The notes beneath the pieces are model-generated. The model had not been told where the DNA came from, ran no database searches, and saw only the letters and a list, made by a program, of their open reading frames with translations. Below are positions 50,176 through 61,675 of a stretch of 64,000 nt of DNA, one piece after another. The DNA lies in the NCBI GenBank assembly GCA_024679065.1, contig JAGIQG010000004.1, positions 33,232,001 through 33,296,000 of the forward strand, given 5' to 3'. The translations under genes and the position numbers were made by a program. Positions within the stretch are counted from its first letter, which is position 1. Each line of letters opens with the position of its first letter. Source of the DNA: Sphyrna mokarran (taxonomy: Eukaryota).

Positions 50176-52306
50176 GCCAGAAATAATACCATATGGAGAG
50201 ATTATTGAAAGATAAAGTTAAAATTATCAATGTAAGTTAGCCTTGAGAGATGGTGGAACAAGAATGAATTGTTAGACGGACACAATTTTGCAACTAAGTT
50301 GGAAGGTTATGAGGAAGGCAGGATAATGTACAATGAATACACTCCCCTGAAACTCTGTGTAGTGGAAACTCTTTGGTTTTTCTTACACTCACTCATGTGA
50401 TGTGCATTAAAAGTTTTCGCCCATTCCGTTGGATAGACAGTTCAGAGTCTGCTCTGGTACAAATTTCTCAGCCGTGCGGGCGGGGAGATCGCGAACAAAC
50501 TGGGAAACAGGGAAAACCCGCTCTCTGTATATACATATTCCGATATTATTGTGGAAACCAGAGCCAATGTACAAACCCAGCCTTGCGCTTCAAGACCAGA
50601 GATCGACTGCCTTGTGCGAGCGAATCCCAAATTCTCATTGTTGTTTCTGACTGAAACCAGGACGCGGAATTTTATGAAATATAATTCGTTGAGGGTGGGG
50701 TGGGATTCAGAATCCCGTTTTTTAAAGATCAGCTCGATTTTTCACGTTTTGATATAAACCTCCTTCATAATTTCGGATCAATCTAAGTGGTCATTTGAAA
50801 CAAGCCTATTTTTATTGTGTTTGTACCCCCAATTTGAGATGAATCAGCACGTTTGGCTTGTGAAGCAGGAATGGCATTTCCAATCAGTAGTTCATGCTGT
50901 GAAATTCTGAAGTGCTTTTAGTTTGCATGTTTTAATTTTTTTAAATTTGTATGAAAATACACGGGCTTTATACAACTTCCACGCAAGCGGATTAGTAATA
51001 TTTCCGTAGTTTCTGTTGGGCCATGTACTCAATTCAACATGTTAATGGAACTGGTAAATGGGATTGTAGCAATGTGATGGTCTGGGTGAATAACTCCAAC
51101 CTCTTCAGCTTTTCCGACATTTTGTTGTCAAAGATTGCCAGTTAAGAATAAAAATCATAGTGTGATTTTCAGCAATATTCGCTCAGAAGCTCGATTCATC
51201 TCATCCAATTTAATGACTTTGCCGAAGATTTGGCCCCGCTAGTGTTTGAATGGGTTCAGAGACTGGCCTCTCAATATTGCCTAAAGCGGAACCTTTAAGC
51301 CTGTGTAAAAATAGAAATAGGGAGAGAAATCTGTAGGTGGGGAGTGGGAGGAGGTGGGATTGAATGTTGAGAAATGTTCTTCAATGCTGCTCGGACAACA
51401 TGAACTCAACACCACGTGGAGCTGTTCTTTCAGCACTTTTCGTTACCAAGACTGGGACACTTGCCGACACACCAGCGCCGTCCCCCCCGTAGCCGGAGAC
51501 GAGGAAACAGAACATTTCATTGCTCTTTCCTCGCCGGTAGGATTAATTTCACTCTGCTGCCTTTTCGTGCGGATTGATTGCTGAGGCTGTAGGTTCGGAG
51601 CTCCGGCAGATTGGAGCCACTGGAACTGAACCTGCTCACTGAGTGGGGCAGCTACATTTTTCACTTTCTCTGTACTGGAGACTGTTCTAACCCAGTGAAC
51701 CTGATATGTTTGTGCAAACTTTTTTGTGGCTTAAAATTGATGTGGGAACAACAAAGAAAAAGTTACAGCGTGAAACAAGAAATATATCAGTTAGTTCTAA
51801 ATACCTGCTCATTTTAAAATGGAAACAAGCAAAAACAAAGGAATTTTTTAAAAAATCAGTTCGCGCGTTAAGAATATGTTAGCCCCGTAAAATAAACCCT
51901 GGCAAAGTAATTTTTGCCACAAAGCCAAAAGCATTTTAAAGTAGTAAGAAAGGCAAGCATGTTTAAGAACAATTGTTTTTGGACAAAAAGATTCGCTATT
52001 TTACAAGGCACAGCAGCTTCCTGTAGATGGCGACGTCATTTTATCTTTCATTACAACTCACCTTTGAACATGAAGAAACACCGTCTTTCTAGCACCATTC
52101 TTTCGGTTAGGAAGGTGTCTGCTTTCTCCCCTCCTCGAGCACCTCTTCCGATGTATTGAGAGCACTCAGAGTCTGCAGTGCTGACGGCGCACGGATAGAT
52201 ACTGAGCACTTCCCAGAGCTTGTCAAGTGAAACAAAGAATCCACGCTGCTCCAACCAAACCACGGAGCCTTGCTTGCATTCGGCAGCTATTCTCCCCGAT
52301 ACCTAC

Positions 52307-52316
52307 CTACACTCAT
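52307..52316 (-). CDS. NETO2: Candidate NETO2 coding exon 1 (ATG AGT GTA G|gtaggt)
   Basis: ATG plus a phase-1 donor in the CpG-rich 5' region; would give MSVVWSIIVLTGG... and a 517 aa protein. Two other candidates exist (see findings). Confidence 0.35.
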
Positions 52317-55012
52317 AGATCAGGTCCATAATCCAATTTTCTGATACTCTAATTCTGCTCAAAATGCAAGCCATGCCTTCACCCTACACCAGAGCTTCTT
52401 AGAAGGCAAACTTTCCGCGTTGGGTTAATCCCATCTTTTGTCAGACCTATCCCTTGGGTATTTCCTCCACAAAGATCGTGCCAGCCGTCCAAGAACGTTC
52501 AGTGATGGTAGATCTTTTGGAAATGACTTTTCACTTGACAGACATGGAAATGGGAACTACCGGAGAATCATAGTCCCGAAGCTACCTGAATCCCCCACAG
52601 CGTGCAGAAGCGGCCAGCAAGGGACTGTCGCTCTTGAGGAACAGCCAAAGCCACTCCAGCTCCCAGCTGGATGAAGTACAGTACAGTACAGCGAATGAAT
52701 GAAGCTTACTTTCACAGCGACGTGCTGTGCTTCAATGAGCAGCTTGTACGCATGCACCCACTCCACAGAAGACACCAAGCTGCAGCCTGCTGTTTCCAAT
52801 TCCACACACACACCTTCTGACACAACGGCACTGACCAAAGGCTGATCATTTACAAACCTTTTTTGAAAAAAAAAGTTTTCCATTTCTTGAAGGGATTGGT
52901 GCATACCACACTATTCTAAATATCGCGCAGATTCTAAACTCTTAACATCATTTGGTAGTTATCGTAGAATAAGTAAAAGAAAAAGATTTTAAATACACTC
53001 TTTCGGTTTCTTTCTGGTTTATATCACATTGAGTTCTCGGAATGCACACAGCATAAAATAGGATATAAGATTTGGATTTTCATTAATTGTTTATATATCG
53101 TTTTAATTTGTGGCGACAAATAAAACAAAACCTTTTCGACCTTTCAAAAACATTAGGGATTTAGAACAATGCATTACTATTGACAGAAAAGAATTTTCTG
53201 TCACTGCATAAGTCAGTGGTAGAAAATGCAGCAGACGAGATTAGTTTCCAAATGTATGGGCCTCTCTATCTTCATTTGTAGTTTCAGCGTATCTGATAAT
53301 CCACACAGTCTAAACATAAGAGGAACTGTTCCCTTAAACAACGGTGTATAAGATGAAGACAGGTCCACACGTTTTGTGTAAACCGCTGGTCAAAGGGATC
53401 GTAAAATCGATGAAGAATGGATGCATCCCCAAGCTCCAGGGGAAATATTTTTTATAAAACAAATCCAAATAGAAATTGGTGAGCAGGTACTAAAAGTTAC
53501 ACTCTGTGGTGTAAATTTTGATGCATGACAGGACGCCCAACACAATGTTCACTACAACCTCTATTTATATAGCACCTTTAACGCTATATAATTGACTTTT
53601 CAGGAGCAGACGGATCAGAAATGGGGTATTTTCTGACGAAGTACTCATCTCCCACTGCCGTTCTAACACCTACATAACAGAAGTCAGAAGGAATACTTTC
53701 TACTTGCTTGGATGAGGGCAGTTCCAAGGACACTCTCCACGTTCCACACCATCCAGAACAAAACATCCCACTTGATTGGCACTCAACCACCACTTTAAAA
53801 CACTTACTCTCTGCCAGTAATTCATTATGGCTGCAGTGTGCACTATAGACAGTACCTTCACCACTTAGAAGAAAAAGGACAGCGACCACACGGAACCACC
53901 ACTAGCGCTAAGTTCCCCTCCAAGTCATTACATCCTGCCTAGGAAATATGTCATGATATGGAGAAGTCACCATCTATTGGGTAAAAATGCTGGCTCTTCC
54001 TTCCTAATAGGACTGTTGGAGTGTCTTCACAACGTGAATTGCTGCAGTTTAAGAAAACGGCTCACCACTACTTTCTCAAGGGTGATTTGACTTGGGCAAT
54101 ACATGCTGGTCCACATCCTGTGAATAAGTAAATAGAAACTGATACCAAGTCACACAGACATAAGATTAGGCGAATGAGATAGGTTATAAGGAGCATGTTA
54201 AAGGATGACAGCAACAGAGATAGAGGCAAAGAGGTTTAAACAAGAAACCTAGCACCTAAATATTGTTTCCCCTGGTGAGACAAGAAAATTGGGGTGCACA
54301 GAAGGTTAAAAATTAAATAAACACAGATTTCTGGAAAGGTTGTAGGGATAGGAGAAAATATAGAGATAGGGAGGGGTGAGGCAACACAATGATTTAGGTA
54401 AATTATTCAAACACTATAATTGGCCTTTTAGGGGCCTCAATAGGCCCACTGTTCCCTCTTGACTCTCCTTCCCCCGAATAATTCCAACAGGTCAGAAAGC
54501 AGTGGCAAGACTACAAGAAGACCATCCTCTGAATTTTATGTGCAGCCATCTCGAAACCTGCTGAAATAAAAAGTTCAGCCCTAGAAGTTATAAGGTCAAT
54601 CTTTCAGTTACAACACTGTGAAAGGTCATGCACAACTCCTCTCATACAACAATCTATATGTTGTTAAACTAGCCAGTTCTATGAATATTAAAATATTTAT
54701 AAAGTTTAAGAAAGTGCACACATGGAAGCAATTCAAAACACTGCCTTGAACTGAAGGCTCAATGTGTGTTCTGGGCAATCCATACCCAAATTACATCTTT
54801 TACATTGACACAACACTATTGACATAGAAGCAGTGTTGGAAATTTGACCCAGTTGAGATGCTCTAATTTCACACTGTACTTGCTTTTAATTTTACCATCT
54901 GTGCAAGGACAAAATAAAAAAGTTTGCTGCTGTTGTTAAATTCCTAAATGAGACCGTAATGCAGAACCGAAATCTGATACCTTCCACGTGCTTTGAGTAG
55001 CAATAAAACTAA

Positions 55013-55273
55013 ACATAGCTTTAAATTAAGGGGTGGTAGTTATAGGACGGATGTCAGAGGTAGGTTCTTTACCCAGAGGGTGGTAAGGGTATGGAATGCC
55101 CTGCCTGCTGCAGTTGTAGATGCGCCAAGTTTGGTGGCGTTTAAGAGGTTAGTAGATAAGTTTATGGAAGATAAGGGAATGGTTTAGGTTAGAGGGTCAT
55201 TGCTTTTTCTTAATTGGTCGGCGCAACATCGAAGGCCGAAGGGCCTGTTCTGCGCTGTAATGTTCTATGTTCT
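55013..55273 (+). mobile_element. CR1 3' fragment, near-identical to 60435-60695
   Basis: Same sequence and tail with few differences. Confidence 0.9.
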
Positions 55274-56292
55274 AAACCGTACCCATATGCCTTCGAAGCA
55301 GTTAAAATCATTTAAAATTTCAGACACCCAATTCAAATGAACTGCATCTCTGGTATCTATTCTACATGAAACAAGCTTCTCTCCTTTTTACATGAGTTGA
55401 GAATAGAAGTGGCAATGTGTAGCTCATCTAGCAGGTTCAATTTATGAATATATGGCAGAGAAATTCCTCAGCAAAAAGTGAAGTGAGTAACCAAAATAAA
55501 TTTCTAGTCAACTTTCAGTAAAATTATGAGGAAGAATTTATCCCCATATGTTCTGATCAAGCAGGTCAACACTCCTCAGCCATTAGAATATATTTTTCAA
55601 AGGAACTGTTAAGACGTTCTGAAGCCTAATACATTCGGCATGTTTATCAGTCAAATCACTCTACTATCCATGTATTGCTAAAAGTACCATTACTGGCAAT
55701 TCAGTTACATGCTTAAGCTATGCACCTGCTTATTAACACAAATTAATTTGCGCTGTTGGGATTTAAATACTGAACTGCCACAGACATTTAGTCTCGTAAT
55801 TGGATGTCAATCTAAGTACTGTCTGACAGCTAAAACAATAAAATCTCACAGTAGTATGAAAAGTAGAATTTGAAACAGATTATATGTTTTAAATCATTAA
55901 AAATTTAATACAGTACAGTATCATTCATTTTGACCCACCAGAAATATTAAGTATGTTCTTCCACAGAGACAATTTATTTTAAATAGACTTTTCAGGTTAT
56001 GAGCCACATTAATAATATCAGGAATAAACACCATGTTTTACAGAATATACATTTTGGAAACACATGCAGGGACACAATGAAATACATAATTTATTTTTCA
56101 ATGATTCTTAACACCCCAAAATATACAGCTTAAGTTATTTGCAGCCACTGTCCAGAAACCATAAATTAAATATTTCAAAGAAACCCAGGAAGCAGTTAGA
56201 TTATGTACAATTCAACATTGAACATTCTTCATTTGCTAAAAGTAATATTTTAGATTGAACAGTTAGCATTTGTCTCTTAGAAAAATTGCATT

Positions 56293-56352
56293 TCACATGG
56301 CATCAAAATGAAATCTGTGTGCTTCCTGGCGCTTCTCCCGGTCATCTGCTTT
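56293..56352 (-). CDS. ITFG1: ITFG1 (integrin alpha FG-GAP repeat containing 1 / LINKIN) last coding exon
   Basis: tttcAG|AAA GCA GAT GAC... gives KADDREKRQEAHRFHFDAM*, the highly conserved ITFG1 C-terminus. ITFG1 is also the upstream same-strand neighbour of NETO2 in human. An AT-rich putative 3' UTR follows. Confidence 0.93.
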   Translation of the reverse strand, partial: KADDREKRQEAHRFHFDAM

Positions 56353-57076
56353 CTGAAATTAAAGTAAAAAGAAAGTCATTAGAAATAAACATACCTGTAT
56401 TATTGAGTGAACAGCATGACAGGAACAGAACTTCTTGGCCCAAATTACTCTTTTTAAAAAATCTTACTTTGAACTTTCTCTGTAAATGTTTTAACCAGGT
56501 GGAAATTGTGTTGTTAACCAAATATCATTTAGTTATAAATAACAATAATATCCTAATCATGGGAAAGGAAGTGGATTTCACAGCTATCTTATATAGTCTT
56601 TACCATCCATATTAAGTTAAACATAGACCTACATTTACATCATTTCTTTTACATAATACCTCCAATTTTCCAATGACTAGCAAAGACAGATGTCTGCATT
56701 TACACTCTCCTTCTCTGTCCTGTACGCAAGGTTTTACTGGCAGGCTGACAATGTGAGAGCCCAGTGCAGTATTTTCGCTGAGGCCATGGCAGGAATGCAA
56801 ATGGATTCACTGAAAAGACTCATCAGTGGCTTGTGGTCTGAACGTGGTGAATGAACAACCTAAAGGTACTGATGAAACTGCTTCACAGCATCGATGATAC
56901 TTGGACCTTCTTCGTCTAACTGCTAATATCCCTTCTCAGTTGGTGTCAGCTTCTGTGATGCAAAATAAATGGCTTTTACTGACCCGTCCTCCATCAGATG
57001 AGACGATACTGCCCCAACACTGGATGGTGAGGCATGCAATGATAGAATGATTTCTCTGTCTTGATCAAAGTAAGTC

Positions 57077-57187
57077 AACACAGTAAGAAGTCTCACAATA
57101 CCAGGTTAAAGTCCAACAGGTATATCTGGTAGCAAATAAACCTGTTGGACTTTAACCTGGTGTTGTGAGACTTCTTACTGTGTTTAC
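57077..57187. mobile_element. Miniature PLE-terminus palindrome (tail lost)
   Basis: aacacagtaagaagtctcacaataccaggttaaagtccaacagg ... cctgttggactttaacctggtgttgtgagacttcttactgtgtt. Confidence 0.75.
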
Positions 57188-58238
57188 AGGTATAGTGATA
57201 ACAGGTATAGTGATGCCAGCACTGCTGAAAGGCCTGACAGGAACTTCTCATTCACAGAAATGACCTGAGCTTGGATACACCAAGCTCATTTTGTATCTTT
57301 CTTGATAGCTCTGACTCTCTCTTCTGCTGGACTGTGATTTTGTGATCCAAATATTCTGCACTCTGTGCCTGGAAGATTCACTTGTTAAGCTTCAGGCACA
57401 GCCCTGTCCCTGAAAATCTTGATAACACTTGAACCAGCTGGCTGAGGTGCTCCTTTTCAGTTTTCCTTGTAGTCAGAATATCAACCAAGTAAAATGCTAC
57501 ATGAGGAATCCCCCTACAACAGCTTGTCCATTGTCCTCTGAAAAATTGGTGGACTGGAGGAAACTTTAAAAACCAGACAGTTGTGTTTGAACAAACCCTT
57601 CTGAGTGTTGATCGCGACATAATGTTTTGAGTTCTAATCTATCAAAAGTTGTTGACAGGAATGACTCATGTCAAGTTTTGAAAACTATCTAGCCTAGGGT
57701 TTTCTACTCGTGGCAATGGGTAAACATCTAAACTGGAGGTGTGATAAATGGCAAGTTTGTGATTCCTGCATATGTGCACAGTACCATCACTTTAGAGAAC
57801 AGGAACAATTGGAGCTGTAATAACTGAATGGGCTCAATGATTCCAAACCTTTGCAACCACTCCAACTCCTTCTCCATTTTGTCTTACATGGTGTAAGGCA
57901 CTATTTTGGGCTGGAAAAAGTAAGGACTGGCCTGAAGATCTATGAACAATTTAATTGTAGTGCCATGCAATGTACCAGTTCATCTCTGAAAACCTCAGGA
58001 TATTTCTGAATTACATCCTCTATCATCCATGTGTGCTTAATTTCACTCCAGTTCAACAGAATTTTACTGAACCAGTCGTACCCTGGTAAACCAGGCCTTT
58101 ACTCTTCTACCATCAGGAGCTGTGCTCTTTGTTCTTGACCGTTTTCCTGAATTTGCCTGCTCAGCCTTCAACTTGCTCTAACACACCTGTATTTCATAGC
58201 TAAATGATTTGATGTATTAGTACACAGTGAAAAATACT

Positions 58239-58852
58239 GGGGTGATTCTCCCATCACAGCCTACAAATTTTATAGGCAATGCTAGCCTATGCTCCCTGAG
58301 TCTGCCCAAGAGGCAAAGTGCCTATGTCCAGGGAGCACTTAGCATTAGAGAAGGGGAGGAGATTGCTCTGCCTCCTGTGGGGCAGGGGGTCTGCTGTGGT
58401 GGAGAGAGGGGTGGGGTGATTGCCACTATTGTGGTGATGGGGGTGAAGTGGGCTAGACATTGGGGCACTCCTGGAGAGAGGTGGTTGAGCTGGCCCAGGA
58501 GGGAATTGTTGTGAGGGCACGATTGGGCTGTGTGTGTGTGTGGGGGGGTGGGGGTGGGGAAGGAGCTGGAGGGGCAGTAGTGCAGAGGTCCCGGGCTGGC
58601 CAGTGATTGAGCTGGCCAGCAAATGGGGAGACTGTCGGAGATTGGGGCCACTGCGCATGCAGAGAGTTCTGGAACTGTCAGCCTTTGCTGTGAACAGATC
58701 ACACTCACCCCCGCACCTGTTTTAATGATATTCACGACTGTGACCTCTGCAGGTGTAGAGTGGGGAGATTCAGGTCTGAAGCTGCACTGAAAAAACAGTC
58801 GTGATCTAAACCAGTTTTCCCGCCAATTCAGCAGTTTTGGGAGAATTGCTCT
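58239..58852. mobile_element. GC-rich non-autonomous DNA element with imperfect TIRs
   Basis: ggggtgattctccca ... tgggagaattgctc. Similar GC-rich elements at ~11110-12170, ~17755-18840, ~32200-33070. Confidence 0.5.
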
Positions 58853-58854
58853 CA

Positions 58855-60960
58855 TTGTTTCTTGTGCACTATACAGACAAAGCATATTGCTCATAGAGAA
58901 GGAAAAGAGAGAGTGCACAATGTTATGTTACAGTCATAGCTAGGGTGTGAAGAAAGGTTAACTTAGTGCCACCCACGTTCACTCAAAAGTCTGACGGCAG
59001 CACAGAAGAAACTGTTCTTGAGTCGATTGGTATGTAATCTCAGACTTTTGTATCTTTTTCCCGAAGGAAGGTGATGGAAGAAAGTATGTTTGGGGTCCTT
59101 AATCATGCTGGCTGCTTTGCCAAAGTAGTGGGAAGTGCAGACGAGTCAATGGATGGTGGGTTGATTTGCGATGGATTGGGCTACATTCACAACCTTTTGT
59201 AGTTTCTTGCAGTCTTGGGCAGAGCAGGAGCCATACGAAGTCATGGTACAACTGGAAGGAATGCTTTCTATGGTGCATCTGTAAAAGTTGATGAGAATCA
59301 TAGCTGACATGCCAAAATTCCTTAGCCTTCTGAGAAAGTAGAGGTGTTGGTGGGCTTTCTCAACTATAATGTTGGCATGGGGGAACCAGGTAATGTGGAA
59401 ACCTAAAAACCTGAAGCTCTCGACCCTTTCTACTTTGTCCCCATTGATAGAGACAGGGGCATCTTCTCCTATACCTCAAGTCGATGGCAATCTCCTTCAT
59501 TTTGTTGACATTGAGGGAGAGATTATTATTGCTGTACCAGTTCACTGTTTGAGATCCCACCCACTACTGCGATATTGTCAGCAAACTTGAAAATCGAATT
59601 GGAAGGAAATTTGGCTGCACCATCATAGGTTCAAAAGGCGTATATTAGGGAGCTGAGAACATAGCATTTAGGGCACCAGTGTTGAGAATGATTGTGGAGG
59701 TGGTGTTGTTATCTATCTTTACTGATTGTAGTCTGTGAGTTAGGAAGTTCAGGATCCAGTTGTAAAGGGAGGTACCGAGACCCAGGCCATGCAGTTTGGA
59801 GATGAATTTTGTGGGAATAATAGTATTGAAGGCTGAGCTATAGTTAATAAATAGAAGTCTGACACAGATGTCCTTGTTATCTGGTGTTCCAGAGAAATGG
59901 CATCTGCTTTGGACCTGTTGTAGCGGTAGGCAAACCATAATGGATCTAGATAGTCCAGGAGGCTGAAACTGATTCATGCCATGACTAACCTTTCGAAACA
60001 CTTCATAATGATGGATGTCAGAGCCATTGGCTGACAGTCATTAAAGGCACTCTGCTTGGTTTTCTTAGGCACTGGGATGATGGTTATCTTCTAGCTTTTA
60101 TTGGTAGGGGGATTGAATTTCGGAGCCGCAACGTCATGTTGCAACTGTACAAAACTCTAGTGCGGCCGCACTTGGAGTATTGTGTGCAGTTCTGGTCCCC
60201 GCATTATAAGAAAGATGTGGAGGCATTGGAGAGGGTACAGAGGAGGTTTACCAGGATGTTGCCTGGTATGGAGGGCAGGTCTTATGAAGAGAGGCTGAGG
60301 GATTTGAGGTTGTTTTCGTTAGAAAGGAGGCGGCTAAGAGGGGACCTAATCGAAACATATAAGATGATTAGAGGTTTAGATAGGGTGGACAGTGATAGCC
60401 TTTTTCCTAGGATGGAGAAAGCTAGCACGAGGGGACATAGCTTTAAATTAAGGGGTGGTAGTTATAGGACGGATGTCAGAGGTAGGTTCTTTACCCAGAG
60501 GGTGGTAAGGGTATGGAATGCCCTGCCTGCTGCAGTTGTAGATGCGCCAAGTTTGGTGGCGTTTAAGAGGTTAGTAGATAAGTTTATGGATGAAAAGGGA
60601 ATGGTTTAGGTTAGAGGGTCATTGCTTGTTCCTAATTGGTCGACGCAACATCGAAGGCCGAAGAGCCTGTTCTGCGCTGTAATGTTCTATGTTCTTGAAG
60701 CAGATAGAAAGCTCAGATTGTTGTAAAGAGAAGTTGAAGATGCCTCCGAATACCCCTGCCAGCTGATGCGTGAAGGATCTGAGTGCTGTCCGAGTACCCA
60801 TCCAGGCCAGTTGCTTTCCGTGGATTGACCTTCGAGAAGGCTGCTCTGACATCTGCAATGGTGACCCCAGATACAGGTTCACCCAAGGCTTCTGGTGTGG
60901 AGGACATGCTCTTGCTAATCTCTTGCTCAAAACAAGCATAGAATGCATTGACACCTTTTG
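58855..60960 (-). mobile_element. Rex1/Babar-like LINE remnant, split by CR1
   Basis: VRLLFINYSSAFNTIIP, WILNFLT, KVNPRKATGLDG; [12 protein letters not shown] rejoins across the CR1 insertion. Related 3' ends at ~1215-1590(+) and ~41505-41670(-). Confidence 0.75.
60093..60695 (+). mobile_element. Young 5'-truncated CR1 LINE
   Basis: Open ORF2 end MLQLYKTLVRPHLEYCVQFWSPHYKKDVEALERVQRRFTRM...FFTQRVVRVWNALP; 3' tail atgttctatgttct; interrupts a Rex1-like element. Confidence 0.92.
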
Positions 60961-61675
60961 TTGCAACGATGACAAACAGCATGCATAAATTTGCAATGAT
61001 TCACGTAGTGTGTCCCTCCATACCTGAAACATTTCATTACCTTTTTGTTTGCAGCCTCTTTCTTTACTTGGTGCATAGCACTACCATTGGTCCTACAAAT
61101 ACCTTTCGTATTTCTGGCAGCCATTTCCATGCCCTGAAAAATGTTTCGAGCCTTCTTGAAAGACAATGTGGCATTTCCCAACAAATAATGCTGAATGCTA
61201 TTCTCATTAATGCCACAGATTAGTCTGCCTGGAGCACGTCCCCTGATATTGCTTCAAACTCTCAATGTTTAAAGAGCTGTCTTAATTCAACAACAAAGTT
61301 AACTACAGATGGTTCCACCTTATGAAAATTACTATGGAACTTGAAATGCTGGACAATCACTGAGGGCTTAAGATTGGGGATTCTGAATGAGTCCAATAAA
61401 TCCAAATGAAATGACATCCATCACTGTGCTGTTACTAAATTCCTCACTAACTTATAAGCCTTTGCCTCTCACAAAGTCATGAGAATTCAACTCTTTTTAT
61501 CCTCACCTGTAATTCCATTTGCCAAGAAAAGGTGTTCCAACCTTTTCGTATTTCCCCATTTTCTTCTATAAACTCATTTATAGTCCCGAATATAGTCATG
61601 ATTGCTAACCTGTCTTTTGTTGGTAAACTTATGCTGAGCCTTTTATTTTGCCATTTTCTTTTTGTTGCCAAAAAT
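60960..61675 (-). mobile_element. Ty3/Gypsy-like gag remnant
   Basis: PBS-like ttttggcaacaa; N-terminus IFGTINEF; decayed zinc knuckles CFRYGGTHYVNHCKFMHAVCHRCNK. Confidence 0.55.

Larger units (their letters stand above)
48300..52920. promoter_or_regulatory. CpG-enriched, repeat-poor region, likely NETO2 promoter and first intron
   Basis: CG dinucleotides are visibly more frequent than in the rest of the window, and the region lies at the 5' end of NETO2. A CTCF-like cctgtagatggcgac with an overlapping gacgtca sits near 52020-52038. Not quantified. Confidence 0.55.

Noticed and set aside
51425-51480. RE1/NRSE silencer site near the neuronal promoter
   Set aside because: Only partial half-sites (ttcagcac, cagcgcc) with wrong spacing.
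52557-52904. 115 aa minus-strand ORF as NETO2 exon 1
   Set aside because: Its frame reaches the 52709 donor in phase 0, incompatible with phase-1 exon 2, and it has no recognisable homology.
58287-58918. 198 aa and 123 aa ORFs in GC-rich sequence (also those near 11263-11922 and 17859-18680)
   Set aside because: They lie within GC-rich non-autonomous repeats and are low-complexity Pro/Gly-rich translations without domains.
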